Below are positions 28,542-52,294 of a DNA stretch of 64,000 nt, piece by piece. How positions within the stretch are numbered: position 1 is the first letter of the stretch; every line of letters starts with the position of its first letter. A model generated the notes under the pieces. That model made no database searches, had not been told where the DNA came from, and saw only the letters and a program-made list of their open reading frames with translations. Position numbers and translations under genes: made by a program. The DNA is from Macrostomum lignano (taxonomy: Eukaryota). The DNA lies in the NCBI GenBank assembly GCA_002269645.1, contig NIVC01000080.1:124001-188000 (forward strand), in the 5' to 3' direction.

Positions 28542-29477
28542 CTTAGAGCATGCAGCTACTAAGATGGCAACTCATCAGGGGACGCGGAGCGCTACAGCCA
28601 CCCTTCGCCGATGGCAGTGCTTCAATGGCCGCCACAAGGAGCTGCATGCACTTGCCCGCATCCGCCACAAGGACTCGCGGCCTGCCCAGCCGGAGCCTCG
28701 AGTGCCAGTCCCAACACCTCTGGCACCCTGCACTACACCTAGCAATAGCAGGTTGACCAATAGTCTATATAAGAAAGGAAAAAACATGGTCAAATGCCAG
28801 TAGTCCTATGTATCAGGACTTAGTAGGAAAATTGGCATGATTATTCTGATGTGCATCCTATCTAAGAGGAGTCATAATGGTAGATAGCTAGTTTAGCTAT
28901 CAGTTATGCCTATATGCTTCCTAAGTGATAAAGAATAGTCAGTGCATTTATTTAAAAAGTAGAAAAAAATAAAAACATAAAAACTAATTATTATATTATT
29001 TAAAACTTGAAATAAATTTTTGCTATAATTTTATAAGAAATATGCACTTAATCTATAGCTATAATGCATTATTAATCATATTTATCAGTGATCATTGAAT
29101 TAAATATGGCAATCAAACTGCCAACTTGCTATCCTTAAATATAGGGATTGTTTATAGAATTTATTTAATGTTATTTGCTATAAGGAGTTATGCAATCATT
29201 CACAGACACATTCATATACAAGTATATATAGTAGCCCTAACTTTATTTATCATATAAATAAAGCTATACACTGTAGCATGTAGCATGTACACTTTGCCTA
29301 CTGCATAGCCATCCACCACATTGAGGATTGGCCCTTAAGGGCATTAATTGCACTAGCAGATGCAAGCCAAGATTCACTAAAAACCTGATGTAATTTATGT
29401 GCTTCTTATTTGCAATATTGACAATGGATTAAAATATATATTCATGCTAAGCTTAAGCCCTCATCACTCTACATGCA

Positions 29478-41969
<12,492 letters not shown>

Positions 41970-43795
41970 GGCTTGTGCGTATTGCAGTTTCCATGCGTTT
42001 TGAGCAGGATGCAAGTATGCACTAGAGCTTGCTTATCACTTAGCTATATATATATGTATTTGCCACTTATTTTCAACATATAGGCCTTAAATATTTACAC
42101 TCGTACTGGCTGGTTCAAAACTATTATAATTATTCTGTATCTATTTTACTGACTTGCTCATACCAATTAATTATCTAACACGTGGTTACCAAATATTTTC
42201 CATTTTATAACCGTACACGTTATGAACAAATATCCACTCCCCCAAGTATTTGATTAATTTGAGATCCTATCAACTGCGCGTTGCACACACAGCTCGCATC
42301 TCTCTGTGCTGCACTATATGCTACTGTTCATCTCGCTTGCCGTATTGTGTTCCATCTAGCTTTAGTTTCTGCATTGTCGCAGGAATCGTATTGCTATAAT
42401 TGTGTACTTTTCTCTTGCACTTAGTGACCTTGTTTGGAGTTGACGTTTTCCAAGCCATTTCTCATTGAATTGGCCTTCGATTTAGATAAATCTATTCTAT
42501 TTAGATAAAATAACATTTTCACTGTGCCACATACTTGTTTATTGTTAGATGCCTTTGCAGCTGATGCTGAGGTAACAGTGCCATGTGAAAGAGTTGGTTT
42601 AACTAGAAGACTCCAGATCTCATTTAACTCTGTGCTATTTACCCACTCAATTCATGTTCATTTTTTGTAACTACTGACACCCGCTAACAAATGTTATATT
42701 TACTGCTTTGTCTGGCTTTATGAAATTAAACTGCATATAATGTTGATTTGTTTTTTTTCATTTCTCAGAACTTGTTTGCCAATGTTTTGTAATAGATATT
42801 TTTAACGTTTGTGTCGGCACTGTTTAAATCCGTTGATTTGTAACAGCAATCACATAATTTTAACTACACAAACCAGAGCCACTGACCTCGTAGTGGCATC
42901 AAACATGCTCATGGATTTTGTTTGCCAGACTGTAACATGTTATCCATGTTATCATTACACGCTTGTGTTTTTGTTAATCAGCAGACTCCAAACCTACAAC
43001 TCGACTTCCCACAATGGCGCAGTACAACCGTAATAGTTTTATTTGCTCCACACTTCCGCAAACTGTTTGTTGTATTTGTATTTTGCTAAGTTCTCACCGA
43101 GCTGAACTCGGTCACAGGATTTCCAGCAGAAATTGGATGGATGTATTCGCTCTTAATTCATTCATGTGTTTGGATTTATTTCTTATTTTTAAACAAATAA
43201 ATATATTTATTATCGCGTGGTTCAATCTCATTCCTTGGCGATGAGTATAGCGTACATGTATGCGTATGCTTATTGAGTCACTTTTTCATAGCTATTATTA
43301 AAGATGAAGTTATTTCAAATCTAGGCAATTGTTGAACTGTACAAAATTTTGGTTACTTCGATCTACCGAGCTGTCCTGATAACGATTTTAAGTAAAGTTG
43401 ACAATTACATGACATCTATATTGTTAATACCGGTATACCTTTTTGCAATTGAATTCGTCCAAACTGCAGTCTCGTCAACTAATGGCTTTCTTAATGGGAG
43501 CTATATTTGGATTATGCCATAAAGATGCGTTAACGTGCGTTTCATCTATCGCTTGCAAAACATTTCGTTCCAGCCTTTTTGATTCAAGATCGGAGCGACT
43601 TTATTCGATGGAAAAGAGCGCGAAACATAGCGTCAATATATATAATAATGTCAACTATAGTGCTCTCAGGGGCTGGAAAAAAGGTTTTTCGACGTTTTAT
43701 GTGAACGCAGCTGTGTAAGGCATGATCCAAATTTGGTTCCCTTAAATCAAAACATTAGTGGACGAATTCTGCAATTGCTAATAGCTACATGTATG

Positions 43796-44060
43796 TACTC
43801 AACATCGAAATGTCGCCATCACAGAAGATTCCGTCTTTAGTCGCCACTTTTAAGGGTGCAAGTAGTTTCAATCTTTGCGAGTGACGCAACTTAGCTACGC
43901 CGCGGCAGAGTTCAGGAATGAAGTGGGGGAGCGGTGTGCGAGGGTTGGATGGATTAAAGCTACCCCGATCAGTTTTCTCGTATCTTGTATTTGATAATAA
44001 TAGTCCAAGAGAAATTGATCACTGGCGCATAGAGTGGCGACTTTTCAATGTTGCTGAGTA
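43796..44060 (-). mobile_element. About 270-bp TIR MITE, copy 1 (copy 2 at 53257-53529 in the opposite orientation)
   Basis: Ends TACTC(AGC)AACATCGAAA / ACTTTTCAATGTTGCTGAGTA. The body is the reverse complement of 53257-53529. Confidence 0.8.
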
Positions 44061-44073
44061 TATGAACCATGAC

Positions 44074-44117
44074 GGCGTTGTCCCATGGTTCTATGGGTAG
44101 AACCATGGGACAACGCC
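44074..44117. repeat. Perfect 20-bp inverted repeat with a 4-nt loop
   Basis: GGCGTTGTCCCATGGTTCTA-TGGG-TAGAACCATGGGACAACGCC. Confidence 0.95.
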
Positions 44118-44723
44118 ATTGGGAACCGTTCTATGTGGTTCGTTTCCATGTAAGAGAACTTCGAAGCATTGAAAACAAAGAATTTTGTGTTGGTTCTTTG
44201 CTCAATCTCGAAAAGTTGCTATACAGAATTGTTTCGATTTAGCCTTATGAGTTCAAAAATAAATTTCTTCTAAATCCAAAAAAATCTTGAGAAATAAAAA
44301 TACTCCTCAAATCACTGATAGCTGGTATAGATTCGCTGATTTTTATGTACCAGTCGGTATATCGGTCTTGCTTAAGCAACAAAAATATATAACTTTTATT
44401 TAGTAAGCAGCTGACAAACTGAAGTTGATACTTGCTAGCTATAGTGACTAGTCAATGTCACTGGTAGAAATGAAACAAATGAATTTACTTGAGATGAGAC
44501 TATATATTTTACGGTAGAAATTTATGTGCAACAATTTAATAACTGTTTAAGCTTAAAATGTGAACATTTTTGTTTCATATTGCACTCCTGAACGATGGAG
44601 CGTGCGTGCAAAACTTTCTAACTACAAAATGTAATCAGGACCAGGTACTAGCCCTTAAGCAGAAAAAAGTATTATAAATACGAGGAAGCAAAACAAGTGT
44701 AAGTGTAGCAGAGTTACTTACTA

Positions 44724-45352
44724 TACTGTCCGTCAAAAGTTCCGGAACCCCTGCCACGATGTCTTCCAGCGGACACAATTTCAGTCCGTTTCAATTGTAA
44801 CTTGATTCAAATGAAAGCTGCGGATCTCAGCTCCATGGTGTGGTCAAGAAAAAGTTTCTTCGAAGGAGCGCGTGTGAACAGGCCAGTGCTATGTACATAA
44901 AGGTTAGAGAAAAAAAGTGAGGAAAAGACAAACAAGCAATTGTCTATGGCTGCTGAGTCTATGGAGCAAACACACAGGGCTATTTACACACTTGCTGCCG
45001 GCACAAGAATCCATAAGAGCCTGTTGATTTCAACACAAGTTTTGGCCATAGACTAATGTTAGCCAGGCTGAACACTGCGCGCAAACCGATTCCTTCCCAT
45101 GTGTGTTTGCTCCATAGACTCAGCAACCACAGACAATTGCTTGTTTGTCTTTTCCTCACTTTTTTTCTCTAACCTTTATGTACATAACACTGGCCTGTTC
45201 ACACGCGCTCCTTCGAATAAACTTTTTCTTGACCACACCATGGAGCTGAGATCCGCAGCTTTCATTTGAATCAAGTTACAATTGAAACGGGCTGAAATCA
45301 TGTCCGCTAGAAGACACCGCAGCAAGGGCTCCGGAACTCCTGACGGACAGTA
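44724..45352. mobile_element. Foldback MITE with about 250-bp inverted arms and TA-flanked ends (Tc1/mariner-like)
   Basis: Ends TATACTGTCCGTCA / TGACGGACAGTATA. Arms at about 44724-44975 and 45100-45352 are near-perfect reverse complements, with a spacer of about 125 bp. Confidence 0.88.
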
Positions 45353-45484
45353 TAGTTGCAGGTAAAGCTGTAAAAAGCTGTGTGCAAGAAGATTACAATA
45401 CAAGGGTTAAAAGCTATTTTAAACTGCATTTATCGAGTCCAGTCTCAAAAAGAAAACGCACGTGTCCAGCCCATGCTTCTAGAC

Positions 45485-48400
45485 CTAGCAGTTCTCACGC
45501 ACAATGTACCAATCAACAGAGCGCTGCCAATCGTGAAGGTCAACACCAGCAACAGGGAACAGCTGGTCAATAGCAAGGCGAGCCTCCGCCACTGTGGCTG
45601 GGCAAAACATAGGCGAAGCTGTTGAATTGCTGTTGAAAAGGTTGGTGTGGTTTGATAATTGGTAGATTTTGTGAATTTGAACTCAGCAATTTTTGCAAGT
45701 TCATGTGAAAAATCATGCTATAGGAACCTGCAACATCTAATGTCAATAGGATTCTTGGGATTAAACTAGCACTCTTGCTTTATCAGTTTATGAATAAAGG
45801 AAAGGTGCAATAAATTAAATGAAATCTTGCAATGAATAGAATACCTTACCCAATATTTAAACTGGTGCACAAATATCCAGAATGCTTTACATAGTTGTAT
45901 AGCATAGCAATAGAACCCTTGCCCTGAATGGCAACAACTGCCATAGGCACTTGAAACTTTGGTAGGCTACTCTAAAATAGTGCATTAAACAGTCCATTGA
46001 GCTTCATGAACTTAACAAGAATAATCTTTAAGTATATTAATTAATATGCAATATTATAAATTACATAAAAATATATGCATCATTAAATAAGTTCTATATA
46101 TTGAATTTAAAAAATGTTTCGAATTTTATAATACTATAGAATCTAGAATAGGCCTACAAACCCTTAATCTAAAGATAAGAGCTACATAGAAAAACCTTGT
46201 TAGCCCTTTAAGCCTTAGGCCTATTAATGAGATAAGATAAGTGCATTCTGATATGCCAATGGCCCAAGCTTAACTCCAAGTATAATCCTATTAATCTAGA
46301 CCAAAATCCTATTAATTTGGGTCTAAATTGAAATATTGCTTATAATGTATCTATCTACTCATGTAATTAGCTTGACCTAAATATAGTGAAATAGTACATG
46401 TCTAATGGTATATAATGTTACTAAATGATATAAAATAAAGCTATTATTTGGATTTATACCAGAGTAAATATAGTTTCTTATCTCTACTAAAAAGGTCTAT
46501 TAATATATACAAGCTTGGGTGCAACCTAGGGATTTACCCGGCCATTTCTATTGGCAACACACACATGTAAGTCACCATTAGGCAGAATAATAGTCAGTGA
46601 CTACTCTCAGCCAATAGCGACTTATGTGTGTGTTGCCAATAGAAATGGCCAAGTAATTCCCAAGGTTATGTATGTATAAATATATAAGCCCAACTATATT
46701 AAAGAAAAGTTCCATTATTATTGGAATAATGACCAACTAATAATAATAATCAACTATTAAGAATAGAAAACAAACTATCAACATTTGTAAGTTGACACAC
46801 TTTGCACTCCGTGGTGCATCTTCAGGTTTATTTTAATAGAATGAACAAAAAGCCAAGGCTGACGAAAATAAATTTTTGTGTGAGGCAAAAGAAGTTTTTT
46901 GATGAGTAATAAATTATTCTATACAGTAAATTTGTCCAAAGATCAATAGGTAGGTTGGGGATGGAAATTTTGGCAGAGCAGTGCAAGTCTATAGTTGGTG
47001 TACTCTCTCAAAACTTAAAAAAACATGGAGAACATGGTCTGCGCCACTATGTTGGAGTTGAGTGTTGAGGTTGGGGGACAAAGATTTTATGTGCATGGCC
47101 TCAAGAATCTTAAGTTTATAGTCAGATGTACATTAGTTGATAATAATAAAGCGTTCATTAAGAATGCTGTTGGAGCAGCTATTACATTCTAAGAGGTGGG
47201 TTTGAATGGCCAATGGTTTGAGCCAGTGCTCTCTGGTTCTGGTGTGTAAGTGCCTTTTTGTTTTCCCCATGTAGGAGATGCTCTGGTCACCAGAGCAGTT
47301 GAAACAGTAGACAACACCTGCACACAGAGCACATGGCACCTGTGACTTAAACCAGCCAACAAAATCACCAACTTTGGATGACCAAAAGCCAATATGGATT
47401 TTTCTGTTGAGTATATTGTTGAAAAATTTGCTGATTTTGCTTTTAAAGATAAGAGACAGATAACCAAAAAAAGGAAGAATGATGATTGGTTCACTGGGGT
47501 TGATGTTTTCAGCTTTAGTGGTTTGTTGTGGGTTGATTTTTTCAGTAATGAATTTATTTTAAAACTTGTACATTAATATACAATATTTACTCTTAAGTTT
47601 GCTAATACTTGTTTTAGTGAAATATAACCATTAAGCATAGTTTATACTCTGCTATATGTTCAGTTGTTTTAAAATTTATATTATAAGTAGCTATATGAAA
47701 AATATAGAATTAGAAGTTTGATACTGATTGTTTTTTGTAGCTTTGTAGACTAGAACATAATAGGCTATCATAACTGTACTAGTGCTATGCCTTTATCATA
47801 GTATACTCGAATGTTCTTTCAATGTAATAACTGTATATTCGAATCTTTCTTAGAAACTGAATCTACGCGAACGCCAAATAATAGTTTGTTTTAATGCGCG
47901 AAATAAATTGGAGAATTATTTTTTTGTTTTAATCGTATGTGGGGAAAATCACTATATATAGGAGCGGTTTCGCGACAAATATACTCTAACTGTCTTTTAC
48001 TCGTGAGCAAATAATTGCGAACAGAATAAGCAGTTCAATCTAAACCATTTCAAAGTCTATGAGCTAAATAGCGACTTATTCATTTGCAAAACCTGTGAAA
48101 CGATTCTAAGAAATTTGCTAAGAGAAGGGAATTGGGACTAATTCTTGGAGATATACTAAGAGAGGCGCCGTGACCCTCTAGTCTCGGTGAACGCCCGATT
48201 AGGACTATACACTAATACATATACCAGTACTAGACCGCTCAGGCCATAAGCTACTAGAACGCTACCAGAAAGCAAGCCATAAGCTACCAGAAACGCTACT
48301 AAGAACGCTACCAGAAACGCTACTAAGAACGCTACCCAGAAATATTTAAATGAAATTCTAAGAAATAGTTAGGGAGTAAAAGCAAGTATAATCAGGATAA

Positions 48401-49805
48401 CTGTAGTTGGCAAATCGGTGGGATCAAAATTGATAAAGTAAGAGGTGAAAGGCCTGTAACAACTTTGGTGGCAGCTCGTAGGATATTTAATAAACACTAA
48501 TAGTTAGAAGTTTAGAAAGACAGAGCCAAAAGGCCTGTCACATAACATAATTGATTAAGTTAGACTAATATTGATTAAGTTAGTTAATATAAAACTTTTG
48601 TTTTAATTAGTAAAAAATTAGGCCTACTGCATAGTTAAACCTAATATTAATTATGCCACACTTAGAGACACAGTGACTGTGTCTATAATGCAGAAACTTA
48701 TAGACATGGCGGCTATGTCTCTAATAGTGACTAGGTCCATACTTATAGACATGGCTACCATGTTTATAAGTTTCCGCATTATAGGCATGGCTGCCGTGTC
48801 TATAAATATGGACCTAGTCACTATTAGAGACATAGCCACCATGTCAATAAAACTTGCATGGCAGCCATATCGTTAATATTGAATGGGTTCACACTTAAAG
48901 ACACTATGGGTGGCCGTGTCATTAATATTAAATGGGTTCACACTTAGAGACACGGTGGGTGACTGTGTCTCTAATATTTGAGCCTATAGGCATGGCTGAC
49001 ATCGCTATGTATATAATCAATCAGATAAAAAGATCAATCAATTGAAAAGTCTGAGTTTTTTAATTTGAATTTTATAAAAATTAAATTAAAATTACTTTTT
49101 AAGAGTAACACGAAATCATTTAAAAGTGTGGCTGCAAGTACTGAAAATAAATATTTTTTTCGATATATATATTGGACATACTTTAAGATTTAGTCATTAG
49201 TGTATTTCTTATTACAAAATTATTTTAATTTAATTTAATTTATTATTTTATTTTAATTAAAAAACTTAAAAAAATCTAGACAGAAAATTTTCTGTTTGCT
49301 AAAAAATACAAATTAAAAAAAAACTCCAACCACTGGGGAGTCAAACCTAGCTAACATGCAATCCAAGGCAATTGACATATCCACTATTGCCACCATTTGC
49401 TTGTGAGAGAGCGCTAAAGAACACGCATTTTATATTGATGATTATAGCTGTGCTTATAAGTTCAAATATTATAGACATGGCTGCCATGCCCATAAGTACT
49501 CCATATTAATTAATCTAGTATTAGAAGCTACATTGACTAGACTAGGCCTAGCAATTGACATATTTTAACCAAAAAAAAAACAAAATATCACAAACAAATA
49601 AAACTTACTTCTTTGACTTTAGCTAGTGTAAAAACATAAGAAGGTAAGGATGGGAATAGTTTTAAGCCAACAACTTTAAAGCCTTTGTCTTCTAAGTATT
49701 GAACTACATTTCCAAGATTTACTTTTCTAGTATTCAAAGGAATGATACAGCATGTAGTCTCCTTATCAGGATTCACATTGGTATCAGACTCAGATCTTAA
49801 ATGCT
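45485..49805 (-). CDS. Partial gene with a degenerate nucleoside-diphosphate-kinase-like (NDK/NME) domain
   Basis: Phase-matched exons with good splice sites: 49805-49609 (ETTCCIIPLNTRKVNLGNVVQYLEDKGFKVVGLKLF; donor gtaagt), 45971-45850 (PMAVVAIQGKGSIAMLYNYV; donor gtaagg), 45629-45485 (PMFCPATVAEARLAIDQLFP...; stop at 45485 or donor at 45498). The order of motifs parallels the NDK fold (TCCIVKP..G.I....GF...MK; GPVVAM..EG; HGSDS.E.A..EI..FF). The 5' exons were not located. Confidence 0.65.
46525..46665. mobile_element. Palindromic MITE of about 140 bp, copy 1
   Basis: CCTAGGGATTTACCCGGCCATTTCTATTGGCAACAC...GTGTTGCCAATAGAAATGGCCAAGTAATTCCCAAGG is self-complementary and homologous to 52926-53071. 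Confidence 0.85.
47010..47500 (-). pseudogene. Decayed Penelope-like retroelement, GIY-YIG endonuclease region
   Basis: GVVYCFNCSGDQSISYMGKTKRHLHTRTREH...RFIIIN*CTSDYKLKILEAMHIKSLSPNLNTQL matches the PLE GIY-YIG pattern (VY..C..C...YIG.T.R.L..R..EH ... LEAL.I....P.LN). It has an in-frame stop at 47133 and a frameshifted upstream linker (IYSTEKSILAFGHPK). Confidence 0.85.
48689..48858. repeat. Foldback/inverted repeat built from TATAGACATGGC subunits
   Basis: Arms at about 48689-48757 and 48790-48858 are reverse complements. Related subunits continue to about 49010 and recur near 49470. Confidence 0.8.
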
Positions 49806-50848
49806 CTTGGAGAGAAAACAATTTCTCTATTAAAATATTTAGAGAGTGTAAAAAGGTAAAAATCATTTGCCGTTGATTAGGGGGACAATATCAATGATTA
49901 TTTATTCTTTAACTATATTATTCACTGACAGTTACAACTACAAATAAAATGTTACAACTTGTAAACTGAATTCTGGGTCAAACAGTTACATTAGCTACTT
50001 GTAGAGTTGCACTGTCTGCCTTAGCTCTGGTACTACGGTGGTACGGACTTACTTCTCAGAAGAATATTTGAAAGTTGAAAAAACTTTAAACTTTTAAAAT
50101 TAATGTCAATAAAAATAACAAAAAGATATTTTAAGATTCGTGCCCCCTGGAGTCATTTCGTCATCCCCCAATCAATTAGTTCCAACTTCCAAGTGAATCA
50201 TTTTGGCAATTGAACATTTACTTGGGAATCCTAATGATCCCAGTCATTTTGTCATCTCGATTGATAAAACCTGTCGATCGATCGGTTCTGCTTGCCGCAG
50301 CTTAGTTAATAAAAACCGAAATATACAGTAGTTTACACTAACTCGAATCTCACACAGGTTGATTGGTTTGATGACGAAGTATCCAGCATAACTAAATATT
50401 TGGTCACTTCATCATATTATTTTTCAAAGTCACTTTGCTTCTGAGTCACTATATGTCATCACCGTCGATATGACGAATGGAATATGCAGACGGTCTAATC
50501 CCAGTGACCGCCATTAATGTGCTTTTTTCGAAGAAAACTTCTTAAGCAAATAAATTTTCTTTTGAATAAAACCTTAGCAAAGCATCAACTTAAATTTTAA
50601 TTTCTCAAATACAAGCTCGTATATGTATCGTAATTGTTTCAATTTTAACTGTAAAATAATCGCACACATCTACATGTACTTCCGCCGTTTGACTTACAGT
50701 GTACAATAATCAAATGAACCTGTTTGGCGACAAGGTTTTTGACTAAATGTCCGTTTGAGCTCTTAATTCCCAAATTAAGTTTAACCTCAAGTGTCGCTTT
50801 AATTTTATAACTAGCTATCAACACGACCTTGTAATCAGTAAATTGACT

Positions 50849-50987
50849 CAGTGGCGCAACCAGGGGGGGGGGGCGGTCGCTCAATCCCACCCCCTAGGCG
50901 GAGACCGTAGGTCAAGAGCAGAGCCACCCCTCACGGGTCTTTTCCCTCCAGAATCCGCCCCTCAAAAAATTTCTGGTTGCGCTACTG
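50849..50987. mobile_element. Small hAT-type MITE, 139 bp
   Basis: TIRs CAGTGGCGCAACCAG / CTGGTTGCGCTACTG; 8-bp TSD AATTGACT / AACTGACT (7 of 8 match). Confidence 0.85.
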
Positions 50988-52294
50988 AACTGACTGCATC
51001 TGAATTCTGAATATGATTAAAATACTGCGCGGCGTCAAATTCTGCAATCCTGGAAAGTTTTAAACCCATGGCCGTTCTTTTTTGAAGAATTTTGCTAGAA
51101 TAACTTCATCTACTTAAATCGCAACATGCGATGCAGTTAGCATTAGAATTACAGATTACAGAATTCTCTGTGATTACGATCTGAGTAGTCAGCACGAAGA
51201 ATTACTCAACTTTACCAGCAAAATGTTCGTGGAATTGAATAGTATATGTAGTACTAATATAGAAGCGCCAAAATTGTTGATGGGTCATAAATTTGCTTCC
51301 TAGAGTACTAGTAAAAGAGAGAGTTGTTGACACTAAGGCCAGGGGCGCGTTTTCATGGATTTTATGGGGGGACAAAGCCAAGAATTCTGTATGTACATGT
51401 ACATGAATAAATTTCTACATGTACACTATTTTCAGAATCGGGGTTGTCAGCGATCATTTTAGCGCCGCAGGCACCATTTAAGCGCCGCAGGCACCATTTT
51501 ACTGCCGCAGGCACAATTTTAGGACCGCAGGCACTATTTTTGTTGCCCGGAAACAAACTTATTGATTTCCATAACAGATCAACAAAGGTGGGTGGGGGAA
51601 AAAGCATTGGCATATCCCCCCGGTGGCGACGCAACTGAACGAATACAGTAAATAAAGTAAAATCACAAAAAATAAACACAATAAATCAGTAATCTACACA
51701 GGGCAAACCTTAATAGAGGACTAGAGGTGTCACGCTCATATCAAAGAATTTGTAAAAGTTTACAAAGTAATTTATATTTCTTAATACAAACTGAAAACCT
51801 GCGGTAAATTTCAGTACTTTCAGCGAATAAAATATTAAACTTGTAGAATTAGAGAAACCGTTACTATAATTACGTACGAGTAAATTCCGTTACAAAGCAT
51901 GGATCTACAACACGAAAATGCAAATGCAAATAAGATTTGCTAATTTCAATTCGAAAGAAATTGGAAATGTGATTTTTTTATATACAGATTTCATATAGCT
52001 GTATAGCCACTAAAGAAGGTAGCCATAAATACTCAATATTTATAAAGCACGAAAATTGGGCATTATGACAATTATGAAACATCCCTTTCTTACTTTTACA
52101 TAAGCTGTAAGATTTAAGTATACGGTGTGATAAAACAAAGGAAAGTACAGAGTAACGTACAGTATAAAAAGCAGAGAAAAAGATTCAGCATTTCAAGGCT
52201 ATCCGATAGTTGCCCAATATTAATGAGACACCATAATATTTTTTACTCAATGCAGGCTCACTCGATTTTATCAACCAGCTGCTACACTCACTGG

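Noticed and set aside
28550-28803. GC-rich patch with overlapping short ORFs upstream of PACSIN
   Set aside because: No homology that I recognise and no supporting splice structure. A CTGATGAG on the minus strand lacks the downstream GAAA needed for a hammerhead.
51340-51637. Possible hAT MITE (CAGGGGCG...CGCAACTG) with internal 14-bp repeats
   Set aside because: The ends are poorly complementary and there is no matching 8-bp TSD, so it is too degraded to call.
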